NCBI GenBank assembly: GCA_029953675.1
Contig: JAMWBK010000004.1
Coordinates: 1,798,001 to 1,862,000, forward strand
Reading direction: 5' to 3'
From: Rhodosorus marinus CCMP1338
Taxonomy: Eukaryota > Plantae > Rhodophyta
Length of the DNA: 64,000 nt
Shown here: one piece after another, positions 1 to 12,800 of the stretch
How the letters are laid out: each line of letters opens with the position of its first letter
How positions within the stretch are numbered: position 1 is the first letter of the stretch
Notes under the pieces: generated by a model
The model's input: only the letters and a program-made list of their open reading frames with translations
Database searches by the model: none
Told to the model about the DNA's origin: nothing
Made by a program: the position numbers and the translations under genes

Positions 1-1164
1 CTGTGAACTAAGGCTTCAATCAAGATACAATAAAACGAGTATTGGGTTACCCCTCTCAATGGCATCGTATTGGTATGATATTCAATATTTATATAGAAAA
101 TGAGGGGGTCATGCATCGATGCTTCGCATACGGATGGTTTCCTGATTGAGATTCTTGATTGACTCATGGAATCGGCCGTGGTAGTCAGCCCCTGAAAGTA
201 GGCTCGAAAACAAGCAAAAAATTGCATAGTTTGATTAGTTATATTAGTACCGGATACATTTTCGTACTAGAGTTTCCGTGAGATTGCGTAGGGATCGAAG
301 AGGAAGCGTTGAGCTGGGCAATGTGGTCATGATTGGCTTTGGAATAGCTGCAACAATTCGCTGTTAACCTGCTACACTCATTCTGTAGTTTGATCTGCGC
401 CGGATAGAACCGTTTTTCCAGATCTGCTCGGAGAAGTCCTTATCGTCGAGGTCCGCTGCCCCACGGCAGGATCTAGTGAGAAACCGTAAGGGGTACTGGA
501 ATTAGCAATCCGTCCCAAGTTATAAGTTATGCGGTGTGCTTAGTGGTGAATAACTACTTGATCGTGAAACCAGTCCGGAAACATCTACGTGGATCGTGAA
601 GGGTATAAAATCAAGCCCTCAGTGCCAGTTGCGAGAGCGCATGGTCTGTGCGAGAATTCTCTCTCAGGCTCTTAGACGACATAGGTTTTCTATTAAAGTG
701 TCATAACAAAGCAAAATGACAGCTGGCATCTATTGAATGGCTATTTCAAAAATATAATACAAGACATAAAATCGTCGGTCGACTGACGTGCGACTTGACA
801 AGTGACTTGATGGCTTTACGATGGTCAGGCGCTTAACATAGCTCTTGATCTGTGGCTTTGGTGGGTATCGTTTGGGTAGGGAGAGATCCATCGGTAAGTA
901 CGGGTAACTGGTACATAGGGAAGAAGGTGATGAGGGGTACAAGGCTATCTTTTGAACCATAGGAACTTGTTTTCGGAAAGAAAGGATTTGTTTATTTTCC
1001 CCCCTTTTTGGGGTTGCGGTTTTGTAGGTGAGAGACTGTGGGGTTAGTAGTCGGGGGGGGGGCGGGAGGGAGTAGAACGGACTGCTTGGGTTTTAGACGC
1101 TTCCTTGGATTCTTAGTTGTGAGGATTTTTGCTTTGTACTCGTTTCCTCTGTCGGAGAAGAGAG

Positions 1165-2114
1165 ATGAAGCTCGTGAAGGCGTACCTCTTCTTGTATAAT
1201 GCTGCAGCAGCGATTGGATGGTACTGGACCCTAGAGACAAGCATGTGGAGAAATTTCTGTGCTTTTTGTTCTGATCAGTTTTGTGTTGATAAATGTTGTG
1301 TTTTCCTGGGTCTTGCCTCTCAACATCTAGGTGTTTCGTGCTAGGGAATTTGGTCTGGGGTGTATATGCTAACGATCCGTGGTCTGCAGTGGAGTGGTCC
1401 CTGAAGATCTCCCAAACTGCTGCGATACTCGAAGTTCTACATGCTCTTCTGGGGGTGGTCAGAACGAACGTTTTCTCGACACTTCTTCAGGTCTTATCTA
1501 GGATCTACATTCTTTGGGTTGTTACGAACCCTTTCCAGGACGTTGTGGGGCAGTTTCTGGCATTCAAAACTATGGTTCTTGCTTGGTGCCTGACGGAAAT
1601 TCCTCGGTACGCCTACTTCGCAGTCGGACAGGTGCAGAAGCCTCCAAAGTGGATGACGTGGCTCCGGTAAGTAACCTGATATGCTTTGGAGATGCCCCTG
1701 ACCTATGGATCGCTTAGCCTGCCCCCTTTCCGCTTGGACAGTTATTCTAGCTTCATGCCGCTCTATCCTGTTGGAGCTGCGAGTGAGGCAGCTTGCCTTT
1801 ATACCGTGCTTCCTCTCATCAAAGAGGCCCGTCCCTACAGCATATACATGCCGAATACGTTGAACTTCGCTCTAGATTCGTACTTCACCAGTATCTGCTC
1901 CCTGCTGATATACATCCCGGTAACGATTTTTCGATTTCCTAAGCAAACTTTTGTTTTCGCTATTATCTCACCGGAGAACGTCACTCTATTTCCTTTTCTG
2001 TATCTCGTATTGCAGGGGCTGCCATTCATGTACTCCCATATGATCGCGCAAAGAGCAAAATATGTCAACCCGGCTGATGTTCCCTCGATGAGTGCTACCA
2101 AGAAAGTGGACTAA
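1165..2114 (+). CDS. HACD: Very-long-chain 3-hydroxyacyl-CoA dehydratase (PTPLA/HACD/PAS2 family), about 4 exons
   Basis: Spliced translation MKLVKAYLFLYNAAAAIGW...QTAAILEVLHALLGVVRTNVFSTLLQVLSRIYILW...LAWCLTEIPRYAYF...WLR/YSSFMPLYPVGAASE...YIP/GLPFMYSHMIAQRAK. Family catalytic Tyr/Glu positions are present, and the C-terminal KKVD resembles a dilysine ER-retrieval signal. Confidence 0.93.
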
Positions 2115-2526
2115 AAAGTTCAAGGAATGATGACCGGTCTTTAATCATTTTCCGGCACCATCACGCCTTAATGAGTGGCCCAGAGAATTCTGTTTCCGGA
2201 CTTGGGCGTCGGCATCTGTTTGCGGTGTGCTGAGGTCGAAGGAGCCTGAGGATACTGGCTCCCAGCGAACGTGTTTTCGTGCGAAATGGGATGCAATGGT
2301 GGCTTTCGGGTCGGAACGGGTTGTTGGGAACTAGAAAGGCCGCAGCGCAGCGCTGTGCATGCCACGGGAGCCGCTTAAGGAGTAGGGGACCAGATCTTAA
2401 GTAGCTGTGTGCCCTCCTCAACTCCAGGGTGGACTTGGCAACATATTCCGTCTGTAAATATTCAATCTTCCGTCGAACAAAGTCGCTCTTGGCAATGTCA
2501 AACTTTTTTCATTTTTTTATAGGTTA

Positions 2527-3817
2527 TCAATAGTTGCTCGTAGACATAGAGTTCTCCGCTGAGCTCCCTAGGGGGTAGTTAACATCTCGAAAGAATTCGT
2601 GGTTAAGAGCGGCGCTTGCAGATATTCTTTGCGCTGGATTCAATTGAAGCATTTTGCGCAGGAGATCGCACCCAGCTGCTCCAAGCTGCGGAACAACCTA
2701 CGTGGAAACAGCAATCCCAGAGTTTCAGCGCACCGAAGAAAAGCCGAAGTCAGTCTGTTTACCTGTGAAGCGGTTTCTGAACTAGCTTACCTCCATCAGA
2801 GACCTTTCCTTCCATTGAGGATAGTCATGCCAGTCTCTTAAGTCCTGAACCGTTGGCCATGTCGTTGTACTGGGGGTTCCCATTATCCTGCGAAAACAAA
2901 TTCGTGGTCAGTTCCAGCTCAAGTCAACACCCAAGGGTCACTCTCAGTATAAAACGTCATCCCTATACCTGAAGATAGAAAGCAATTGTTCAAGTTCACT
3001 CTCCCCGTAGAATAGGGGTTTCCCGAGCACCATTTCAGCGAGAATACATCCTACACTCCAGACATCGACACCAGTTGAATAGCATCTTGTGCCGAGAAGT
3101 ACTTCAGGAGCTCTGTACCACAGTGTCACCACCTCATGTGTATACTTTCCAACCGGGAGACTAAAAACACGCCCAAGGCCAAAATCTGCCAGCTTCACGG
3201 TGTCATCACCAGAAACTAGGATGTTCTGAGGTTTAAGGTCACGATGCATCACGCTGTGCGCATGGCAGTGTCTCAAACCGAGCAGAATTTGATAACAGAA
3301 ACTCTGCGAACGAGGAGTAGTAGCCATCATTCGCATAAGTTGGTCAAACGTTTTGCGAGAAGATACGTTCGGCTGTCTTACCTTCGCAACATCCAGCGGT
3401 AAGCCTTTTCCTTTGCCCTGCTTTGCCACCATGTACTGCTTCAGATCGTGGTCCAAGAACTCAAAGACCAGCATGAGCGTTGGTCTGGCCATAGTGCCCT
3501 CCTTGCTCTCTCGGTGGATGACCTCCTGCAGTCTGCGGAAAGGGGCGAAAGGCGGTAGAGAGTTGAATAGAGTGAGCATACACAACTCTGAGCGACCTTT
3601 CGCAGAGCAGTTTACTCTCTTACTTGACAATATGAGGGTGGTTCAAAGAAAGCAGTATTGAAACCTCCCGAAGCGTTGTCGGCGGAACTCCCTCGTCGTC
3701 ATCTTTGATAATGTTCTTCTTCAACGCGACCACTTCGCCAGTTTCCAGGTTTATGGCTTTGAAGACCTTTCCAAAAGTGCCTTGACCCAGGCACTCCGTC
3801 CGTTCGTACTTCTCCAT
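2527..3817 (-). CDS. CDKB: B-type cyclin-dependent kinase (PPTTLRE cyclin-binding motif), multi-exon
   Basis: [21 protein letters not shown]...[43 protein letters not shown]. Two further exons read by hand: [25 protein letters not shown] (~2800-2890) and [27 protein letters not shown]...NY* (stop at 2527). Confidence 0.93.
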
Positions 3818-6800
3818 CCTCGCGTGCTGGTCCAACAAAAAGAATCTTCTTTCCCAAGACCAGATGGTAGAATCCGAACGTCAGAGCACCCACAGACGTA
3901 TATACTCCCGCAACAGGTACTCTGGACTCTCGCCTCCCGATCGAAGCGAAAAGGTTATTCAGAAAAAAATTTCTAAATGAAGACTGTTGAAACGTCCAAG
4001 TTACTTATATTTGCATCCTGAATTTGACCAGGTATACGCCCACGCCTATTAGGGCACAAATCCTAACTTCTATAGGACCGCGCTTTCCAGTAATAATCTA
4101 ATGCCGTTATGAAACGGAATAAGAATATGACGCTTCAGTTTTAGGGACTTTGACAATTCTAGGATATCGAACAGGTCGACAGCGGAAGTTAAGCCATCAC
4201 ACTGGCATAACCTCCGCTGTGGAGTGTGAGAGACAATCATATCGGGCTCGTGTGATCACGGCAAGGGCGTTGGAAATAGCACGCAGAAAGCCTATGCAGT
4301 TGCTCATATCAGTAAGATGACGCCTCCCCATAGGAAGTCGCAGGCGAAACCCGAACCGGGGACCTCGGCCCTCAGTCATCGCATATGTACTCGCATGCTG
4401 GCGAAGAGCTAAAACAACCCTCATCCAATGGAGCTGATAGCTCACGTCTGGAGGCATCCAAAAAGACACCCAGCTTCAGGAGTTCTCCAAAATAGAAGAA
4501 TCAAATAGCAGCATGTGCAAGCACAAGCTCCTGAGCAACCTGCGAAAGCGTTTGATGCAGGACCCCCACGATGCACCTAGCCGGTAAGAATGTCGCCAGC
4601 GGATTTCAAATATTCAAATGCAAAAATCGATCGAAAAATAGACAGCTGTCGATTAAAATTTTTTGGGGTATTATTGGGTACTGTAATGATTGATCTCAAT
4701 CGGGTTCTGATTACTTTTGGCGGGAAACGTTGGGGGCGAGGAGGGGGAGGGAGGGGCTCGAGCGACGGTTTGCTTCAGTTAGGAAGGCTCGTTGCTGCTC
4801 CGAAGGCAGTAGCACTGCGCTCTCCCAAAGTAAAGTTTCAGTTCATTCCTCCAAGATGCTTAGGCTTTGCTCAAATCCTTCAGGTCTATCGGAACGGCCT
4901 GAGCAAGATGAAGAGCTGGTCCCCTAGGGTATTGGTGGTTCAGTTCCGAGCGACGTACTGGTGTACAATAACAAGTGGTTGTCAGCTAGTCGGGGAAGAA
5001 AAGGGCGTGCTGAGTCCCTTTTCTCAGTACCGACTTGGGCATATTTCTCCATCCTTCAAGTTCGCGCAAGTTTCGGCAGGTGATCCCTGTCTTTGAGGTC
5101 GTACATCCCGATTGTTCACAATTGAAACCGGAATTTATATTATTGGTGACATTTCAACTCCAAACGCCGTTCTTGGAGCTCAAGGAAACTCTGAGATCCG
5201 ACTGTGGTTCACAGTCGATGCACAGCTGGCGAATGGTTGCGTTTAAGCATTTAACGGTAAAATCCTCTCGTCGGAATACAGTTGCGAGGTCGCTGAGGTT
5301 GGTTATAAACGCTCAAAACTTCTAGGTGAGCACGCTACACCGTATGTTTGAACCCGGGGCCATTTGCTATTTAACAATGTTGTTGCAACTTGTTTTCGGC
5401 CGGCACGTACCGCAGCGCAACCCCAAAGCCGAGAGTCGCTTTTGCTTTCTAACAGGGTAGTATCACCTTCGTGGGCACGTTTGTATCGCATCCTGGGGTT
5501 CCGGGCGAGAGATGGCCGTGGTCCATATGCCCTGCTCCAGAAGTCCCGAATCGAACAATTACTTTCTCCGCATTGAATCTCCCCATAAATCGAAACCACT
5601 TGAACGGGAGAACCCAGAGTCGCCCCTCAATGACCAGCGAAACCAGGTTTACTAAGGTCAAACTTGAGCACGCATAGCAGCATTCGCAGCCTTGTCTGAG
5701 TTTCTTACCTGGTCGGGCTACAACTAAAATAACTGCTGCTCAAACACCTACACAAGCGACAGGCAGCGCTAGGTGACGAAAAAGAATACAAAGTACTTTT
5801 TCCACTGACTGGTAGCAAGAGCACTATGGTCCATTGCCAAGAAAAAACGCAACCCGACTTCTAACTATAAATCGCGCAAGCACCGGATCGCAGATAACGC
5901 AGGCTGCTTGACTGCGGCTCCGGCCCAGTCGACAGCCAGCTCTCCAGCTTTTCCTACTTCGGCTCTCCATTAGGGTTTGGAGAGTCCTCGTTGCAGTTAA
6001 ATGCAATGCAAAACTTGTCCGCGACTACCTGCTCCGACGGTCACAGTGAAAACCAGCGGATTATCCCCGCTCCAGAAAAACCTTCCAATCAACGAACTTC
6101 AGAGGACCAGACCAAAAAAAACACAACAAAAAAACCACATACACACCTCAGTAAACTCCCCGGACTCAATAAGTTTTCTTACCAAGCGTCAGAAGAACCG
6201 AAAATGGAGCAAAATCGCTTCCATTGCAAATAAAAAGGGGGGGAGGAAGGGAAAATACGCCACCATCGTCTTGGGGTCGAAAAAACCCTCGCAAAAATGA
6301 CTTAACAACTAAAAGAGCGGAAAAAATCTCATCGATTCCGGATTATATTGTTTCCTGTTAATTTTAGTTCGTAATTTTGACGAATGGTGACTGATCGAGG
6401 GAATTGCGAATGATACCCAAGCAACTATTTTTCCAGATTATTTTTGTCCGGCCACAATGGGGGAAAATGGAGTCCGACGACGGTAGAACGCTTCAGGGGG
6501 TCGCTCCGTTTAGCATTGGAAAGGTGGGAAAACAGGGGATTTCTGAGGGTGAAATTAAGTGTCACCCAACCCCCGGGGCGGGTGGGAGTAGACGTGGAAG
6601 GATTTCATAAAGACGGCAGAAGACTGCTGGGAGTCCGGGACGGTGGCTGTCGGCGAGGATCTAGTTGAGTACACAGGTTATCTGAGTGAAGAAGGTGCTC
6701 TGGGGAGGAGTACTGTTTTGGTTTATAGGGATTTGAGATGGAGATGTGGATGTCTGTGACAGAGGGTTAAGAGTCCAGAGTTTAACGGCCCGCGAAGTAG

Positions 6801-6896
6801 ATCTTCTTCGAGGGATCGCTTGGATCGGGCTTTCGTCTGGTTTCGAGCGCAGATTGAGGAATCTAGATACGGGATCTTGGAACTGACTTATTCGCC

Positions 6897-9800
6897 ATGG
6901 AGGGAAGGACGAGGGCCAGTCTGATTTTGGAAAATGGTAGGAAAACTCTGGTCAGTACTGGGGCATAGCCCGCCGTGATAAACACCACGTTTGGCTGATG
7001 CGATCATCTCCCTATGGCAAAATCAGGACGAAAATTTGACGGTTGGAGTTTCGGGGCAGAGCACAGCGTTGCTGGAGAAGCCGTTTTTCAGACGGGCATG
7101 GTCGGTTATCCAGAAGCGCTCACTGACCCATCATATCATGGCCAACTGCTCGTCTTGACGTATCCGCTCGTTGGTAACTATGGAATTCCGTCTGACTCGG
7201 TAAGTGAACTTGTAGCCCTCACTTTCATGGGGTTGCAGACCGCTTTACGTACTCTGACGCTCGTTCTGTTTGTGAAAACATGCCAAGCTTGACCCAGAAA
7301 GTCAAATACCAAAATTCTTCGAGAGCGACAGGATCTGGGCTTCTGGCCTCGTTGTCTGCGAGTATTCTACGGAGTACTCGCACTGGAACGCCGAGAGATC
7401 TCTTTCGGAATGGTTGAAGGAGCACAATGTTCCGGCAATATCTGGGATTGATACCAGAGAGTTGACGAAGGTCATTCGCGAAGAAGGGACCATGTTGGGA
7501 AAGATTGACGTCGGTGGAGAAGGCCTAGATTTTGTGGATCCCAACCTGAGGAACCTTGTTGCTGAAGTATCTTCAACAACCGTGAAGCGAATTAGTAAGT
7601 TTTTGGCCCACTGCACAGCGCGACCGCATCTCGCCGAATTGCTAACTAGCAGTTCTGCACCCGTGGAACAGAGGGCATCGAGGGCGAAGATTCGTCATCT
7701 TTCAATGGCTTGACAGTTGTGGCTGTTGACTGTGGCATCAAGAACAACCAGCTTCGTTGCTTTCGGAAGAGAGGAGTGAACCTGATAGTGGTTCCGTGGA
7801 ACACAAACTTTTCAGAGCTTTACTCGGAGGAATCCTTCGATGGCTTATTTATCAGCAACGGGCCAGGAGATCCAAAACTATGCGAGGAGACGATCAAGAA
7901 TCTGGAAGATTTTATGTCGTCTACATCAGTGCCCGTGTTTGGTATTTGTCTTGGTCACCAGCTGTTGTCTCTTTCAGCTGGATTCTCCACATACAAGCTA
8001 CCTTATGGAAATCGCGGCCATAACCAGCCTTGCATCGATGAGATCTCCAAGAGGTGCTATATAACTTCTCAAAACCACGGTTTTGCGGTCAACGCCGATA
8101 AGGAGGAGTCGCCAAGCGGATGGCGCTCTTTGTTCTACAACGCAAATGACAAGACAAATGAGGGTATGTTTACAATGTAATTCTGTGGACACGGATGAGC
8201 GGACTCCCTGTGCTAAGTCATTTTCACAATTGTGCACTTTAGGGGTAATGCACAAATCCAAGCCGTTCTTCTCGGTCCAGTTTCATCCCGAAGCAAGAGC
8301 CGGACCACATGACACAGAATTTCTGTTTGATGTGTTCTTGGAAAGCGTCGCTAACCAAAAGAAAACTGGCGAGATACAATCCGTTGCACCACTACTCAAG
8401 AAGTATTGCGTAAACCTTGAGACCCAGCTGCCGAAACCGCCAAAGCTGAACAAGGTTGTAGTCCTAGGAAGCGGCGGTTTGAGCATCGGGCAAGCAGGAG
8501 AGTTTGATTACTCTGGGTCGCAGGCCATCAAGGCTCTGAAGGAGGAAGGGATATATACGGTTCTAATCAATCCCAACATAGCGACAGTTCAAACTTCACG
8601 AGGACTAGCCGACAAAGTCTACTTTCTGCCAGTGAATGTCGAGAACGTGATTAAGGTCATGAAGAATGAGAGACCAGACGGAATCCTGCTGACATTTGGT
8701 GGTCAAACGGCACTAAATTGCGGTACCCAACTGCATGCCATGGGCGCTTTCGAGGAGAACGACGTGAAAGTTCTGGGCACACCGATCTCTTCAATTCTGG
8801 ACACTGAGGACAGAGAGCGCTTCAATTCTCGCCTCGCCGAAATAGGAGAGCCTTTCGCAAGATCTGAGGCAGTTTCCAGCGTTGAAGATGCTGTTGTTGC
8901 GGCAAAGAATGTGGGTTACCCAGTCATTGTTCGTGCTGCGTTTGCTCTTGGTGGCCTGGGATCCGGTTTCGCTGACAATGATGCTGAGCTAGTTGAACTC
9001 GTGAACAAAGCCTTTACAGCATCCCCTCAAGTCCTTGTGGAACGATCCATGAGAGGCTGGAAAGAGGTGGAGTACGAGGTTGTCCGAGACGCCTATGACA
9101 ACTGCGTGACTGTCTGTAACATGGAAAATTTTGATCCACTGGGTGTTCATACGGGCGATTCGATCGTCATAGCACCGAGCCAGACGCTTACCGACGAGGA
9201 GTATCACATGCTACGGGACGCAGCCCTTCGAACGGTTCGCATGCTGGGGGTTGTTGGTGAATGCAATATTCAATTCGCCTTGAATCCAAACTCACTTCAG
9301 TATTGCACAATTGAAGTCAACGCGCGTCTGTCACGGTCATCAGCTCTTGCTTCAAAGGCGACGGGTTACCCGCTTGCGTTCGTCGCGGCAAAGCTTGCAC
9401 TCAGGAAGCGTTTGTCTGACCTACAAAACTCGATAACAAGGAAAACCATTTCCTGCTTTGAGCCCAGTCTGGACTATTTGGTGGTCAAAATGCCGAGGTG
9501 GGATCTTGCGAAATTCGAACGAGTTAGCCGAAAACTCGGTTCGGCCATGAAGTCTGTTGGTGAAGTCATGTCCATTGGGAGGACCTTTGAAGAAGCAATT
9601 CAGAAAGCGCTCAGGATGGTTACTGACAACTACGCCAGTGGATTTGAGCCTGGAATCGTTGAATACTCCGAAGAGGAAATGAAACGGCCAACAGATCAAC
9701 GACTTCTCTCAATAGCAAGTGGACTTGAAGCTGGCTTAACTGTGGACGAGCTCCACACCATGTCCAACGTTGACAATTGGTTCCTGCATAAGCTCAAGAA

Positions 9801-12800
9801 AATTGCAAACTTCCGACAGCACGTTCGGAAGCTGGCTGAGAGCTCGGCTGAGCTTGGGCGTGATGAAATTAAGAAAGCGAAACTTCTTGGTTTCAGCGAT
9901 CGTCAGCTCGCAAAGCTGATGGGCGACAGCGAAATGGGCATCCGTAAACTGCGTTTATCACATAACATTTGTCCCTGTGCGAAACAGATCGATACTGTGG
10001 CTGCAGAGTTTCCGGCTTATACAAATTATTTGTACTTGACATATTCGGCCCCAGAGAGCAAGGCCAATGATATAGAATTTACGGACCCCGGAATCATGGT
10101 CCTCGGATCCGGCGCCTATCGAATAGGATCTTCAGTGGAATTCGATTGGTGCGCAGTGAGCGCCATTCGAACCCTAAAACAGTACAACTATCCGGCAATC
10201 ATGATGAACTACAACCCAGAAACGGTTTCGACAGACTACGACGAATGCGACCGCTTGTACTTCGAGGAGCTTTCATTTGAAAGAGTGATGGATGTGTACC
10301 ACTTGGAGTCCGCGCAGGGAGTTATCGTGTCAATGGGAGGACAGATCCCAAACAATTTGGCTATGCTTTTGCACAGACAGCAAGTCAACATTCTTGGAAC
10401 GTCTCCGGATATGATCGATGGGGCAGAAAATCGCTACAAGTTTTCTCGCATGTGCGATAGAATCGAGGTTGACCAACCAAAATGGAAGGAGCTAAGCTCG
10501 GTGGAAGACGCGCAAGCCTTTTGCGCAAAGGTAGGCTAGATTCCTTTGGCAATCGATTTTCAATATTGCCACTACTGATTGGATTGATTATTCCTACATT
10601 TGAAGGTTGGGTATCCAGTGCTTGTGAGACCCAGCTACGTCCTTTCTGGAGCGGCAATGAACGTCGCACATAAACCAGAAGACCTCAACTCGTACTTGAC
10701 TGAAGCAGCTTCAGTATCAGCAGACTATCCAGTTGTCATCTCAAAGTTCATACTCGAAGCCAAAGAAATCGAAGTCGATGCTGTTGCGCGGAAGGGTGAA
10801 CTGGTTATGCATGTCGTTTCCGAGCACGTCGAGAATGCGGGAGTTCATTCTGGAGACGCGACACTTGTGCTCCCACCCGTGGATTTGGACCAGGTAACTG
10901 TTGGAAAGGTTGAAGAGGCCACTAGAATGGTCGCAAATGCTTTGAACGTCACCGGCCCGATGAATATTCAGTTCATCGCCAAAGAAAATGAAATCAAAGT
11001 CATCGAGTGCAACCTGAGGGCTTCTCGGTCGTTCCCGTTTGTGAGCAAGACAATTGGAATTGATATGGCAAGGCTCGCAACGAAGGTCATTTTGGGGAAG
11101 AACACCCGACCATATCCAGTTGACGTATCGAAGACTCCTCATATTGGAGTAAAAGTCGCGCAGTTCTCGTTTACTCGGCTTCTCGGAGCTGACCCCATAC
11201 TTGGTGTCGAGATGGCCTCCACAGGTAATGACTGCTCGTAGGTCCTTCAAGAAGGGCTTAATTTTCAACAAGGCTATTGCTGAACGGTCGACCTTTCAAC
11301 ATGCAGGAGAGGTCGCTTGCTATGGATCGAACCGGGAGGAAGCCTACCACAAGGCCCTACAAGCTACTGGACAAAAAATCAATCTCAAGAGCATTTGCAT
11401 ATCCATAGGCGCTTACAAGGAAAAGCTTGAATTTTTGTCCTCAGCGAAGATGTTGCAGTCCATGGGGATCAAGATTTACGCAACGTCCGGAACCGCCGAT
11501 TTCTTGAAGGAGCACGGTGTGAACGCAACGGTCGTCTTGTATCCAGCTCCGACCGAGTACCTAAAGGATTCTCAAGACAGCGTGGTCGAATTGCTAAGGA
11601 CTCATGAAGTGGATGCATTGATCAACATACCGAGCAACAACAAATACCGCCGAGTAGCCAGTTTTACCTCTAAGGGTTACCTTACTCGGCGGGCAGCAGT
11701 GGATTTCGGTGTACCACTTATTACCAACATCAAGATTGCAAAACTTTTGGTGAAGGCCGTGAAGTTAGCTTCGAAGCAAGAAAGCTTTCCATTGAAACCC
11801 TATGATGCGAGGTTCTCGTCTAGAGTGATCACCTTACCTGGAATGGTTAATCTCGACGTTCTGGATGCCAAGAATGTCGACTGGTCAAGCGCAACCGCAG
11901 CTGCACTGACGGGTGGCTTTACAATGATAACTACGGTACAGAAATGTTCTACCTTAACGGGCATAGAACAAGGTGAGACCAAAGCGAATGTATCAACGTT
12001 CGAAGCGTCATATCTCACCAACATGTGTCGTTGCGCAGAAATTGAGTCTGCACACAAAATTGCAGGAGGCGGAATTCGCTGCGACTATGTGCTTCTGGCT
12101 GCCGCATCGAACTCGAACTCTTCTGTAATTCCAGCCGCGTCAAGCATTTCACAGGGCTTGTACATTGAACCAGAAGCGGGAGAAAGCTCCCTTACACCCT
12201 GGCTTTCTCACTTTAAGAGTTGGCCATCGAGCTCGCCAATCATTGCCAAAGCATCTGGCCAGGCACTAGCTTCGTTGTTGTTCGGGGCAGTTTTGGAGAG
12301 GCGGGAGATTCACATCCGGCAGGTATGGCTATTGTTTTCCCGAAAAAGGCTTTCTTCGATGAGTGGAAACGTCCTTACTTGAATCGTCTGATGCACAGGT
12401 GAGAACTAGGGAGGATCTCCAAATAATTAGAATTAGCAAGGAGAAGGGAATGTCCGTCACTTGCGACGTAGATGTGATGGATCTCTACGCGAAATCTGCT
12501 TCGGACCTGGCAATTTCCGTTGCCGATAAGGAAGCTCTTTGGGAGTCGCTGGATTTGATTGACGCTGTAACTGGCCCACCGGAGTTGGTCATTTCGCTGC
12601 TGCTGCAGTCGGAGGGCGAAGGGCGGCTTCCCCAGGGTTGGGTCCGGTCAAGGCTCGTTGACAATCCAAGGAGAATTTTGGGATTGACGGATACGAAGGA
12701 TACGTACATAGAAGTCGATATGTCTGAGTCATGGGATGCTCCAGCAGCCTCGGAGCTTTCTGGAACGAAGTGCCTAGGAAAAGTCCGACGGGTTGTGCTC

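Noticed and set aside
1-1100. Short minus-strand ORFs at the window start
   Set aside because: No recognisable motif or consistent splice path; possibly UTR or part of a gene outside the window.
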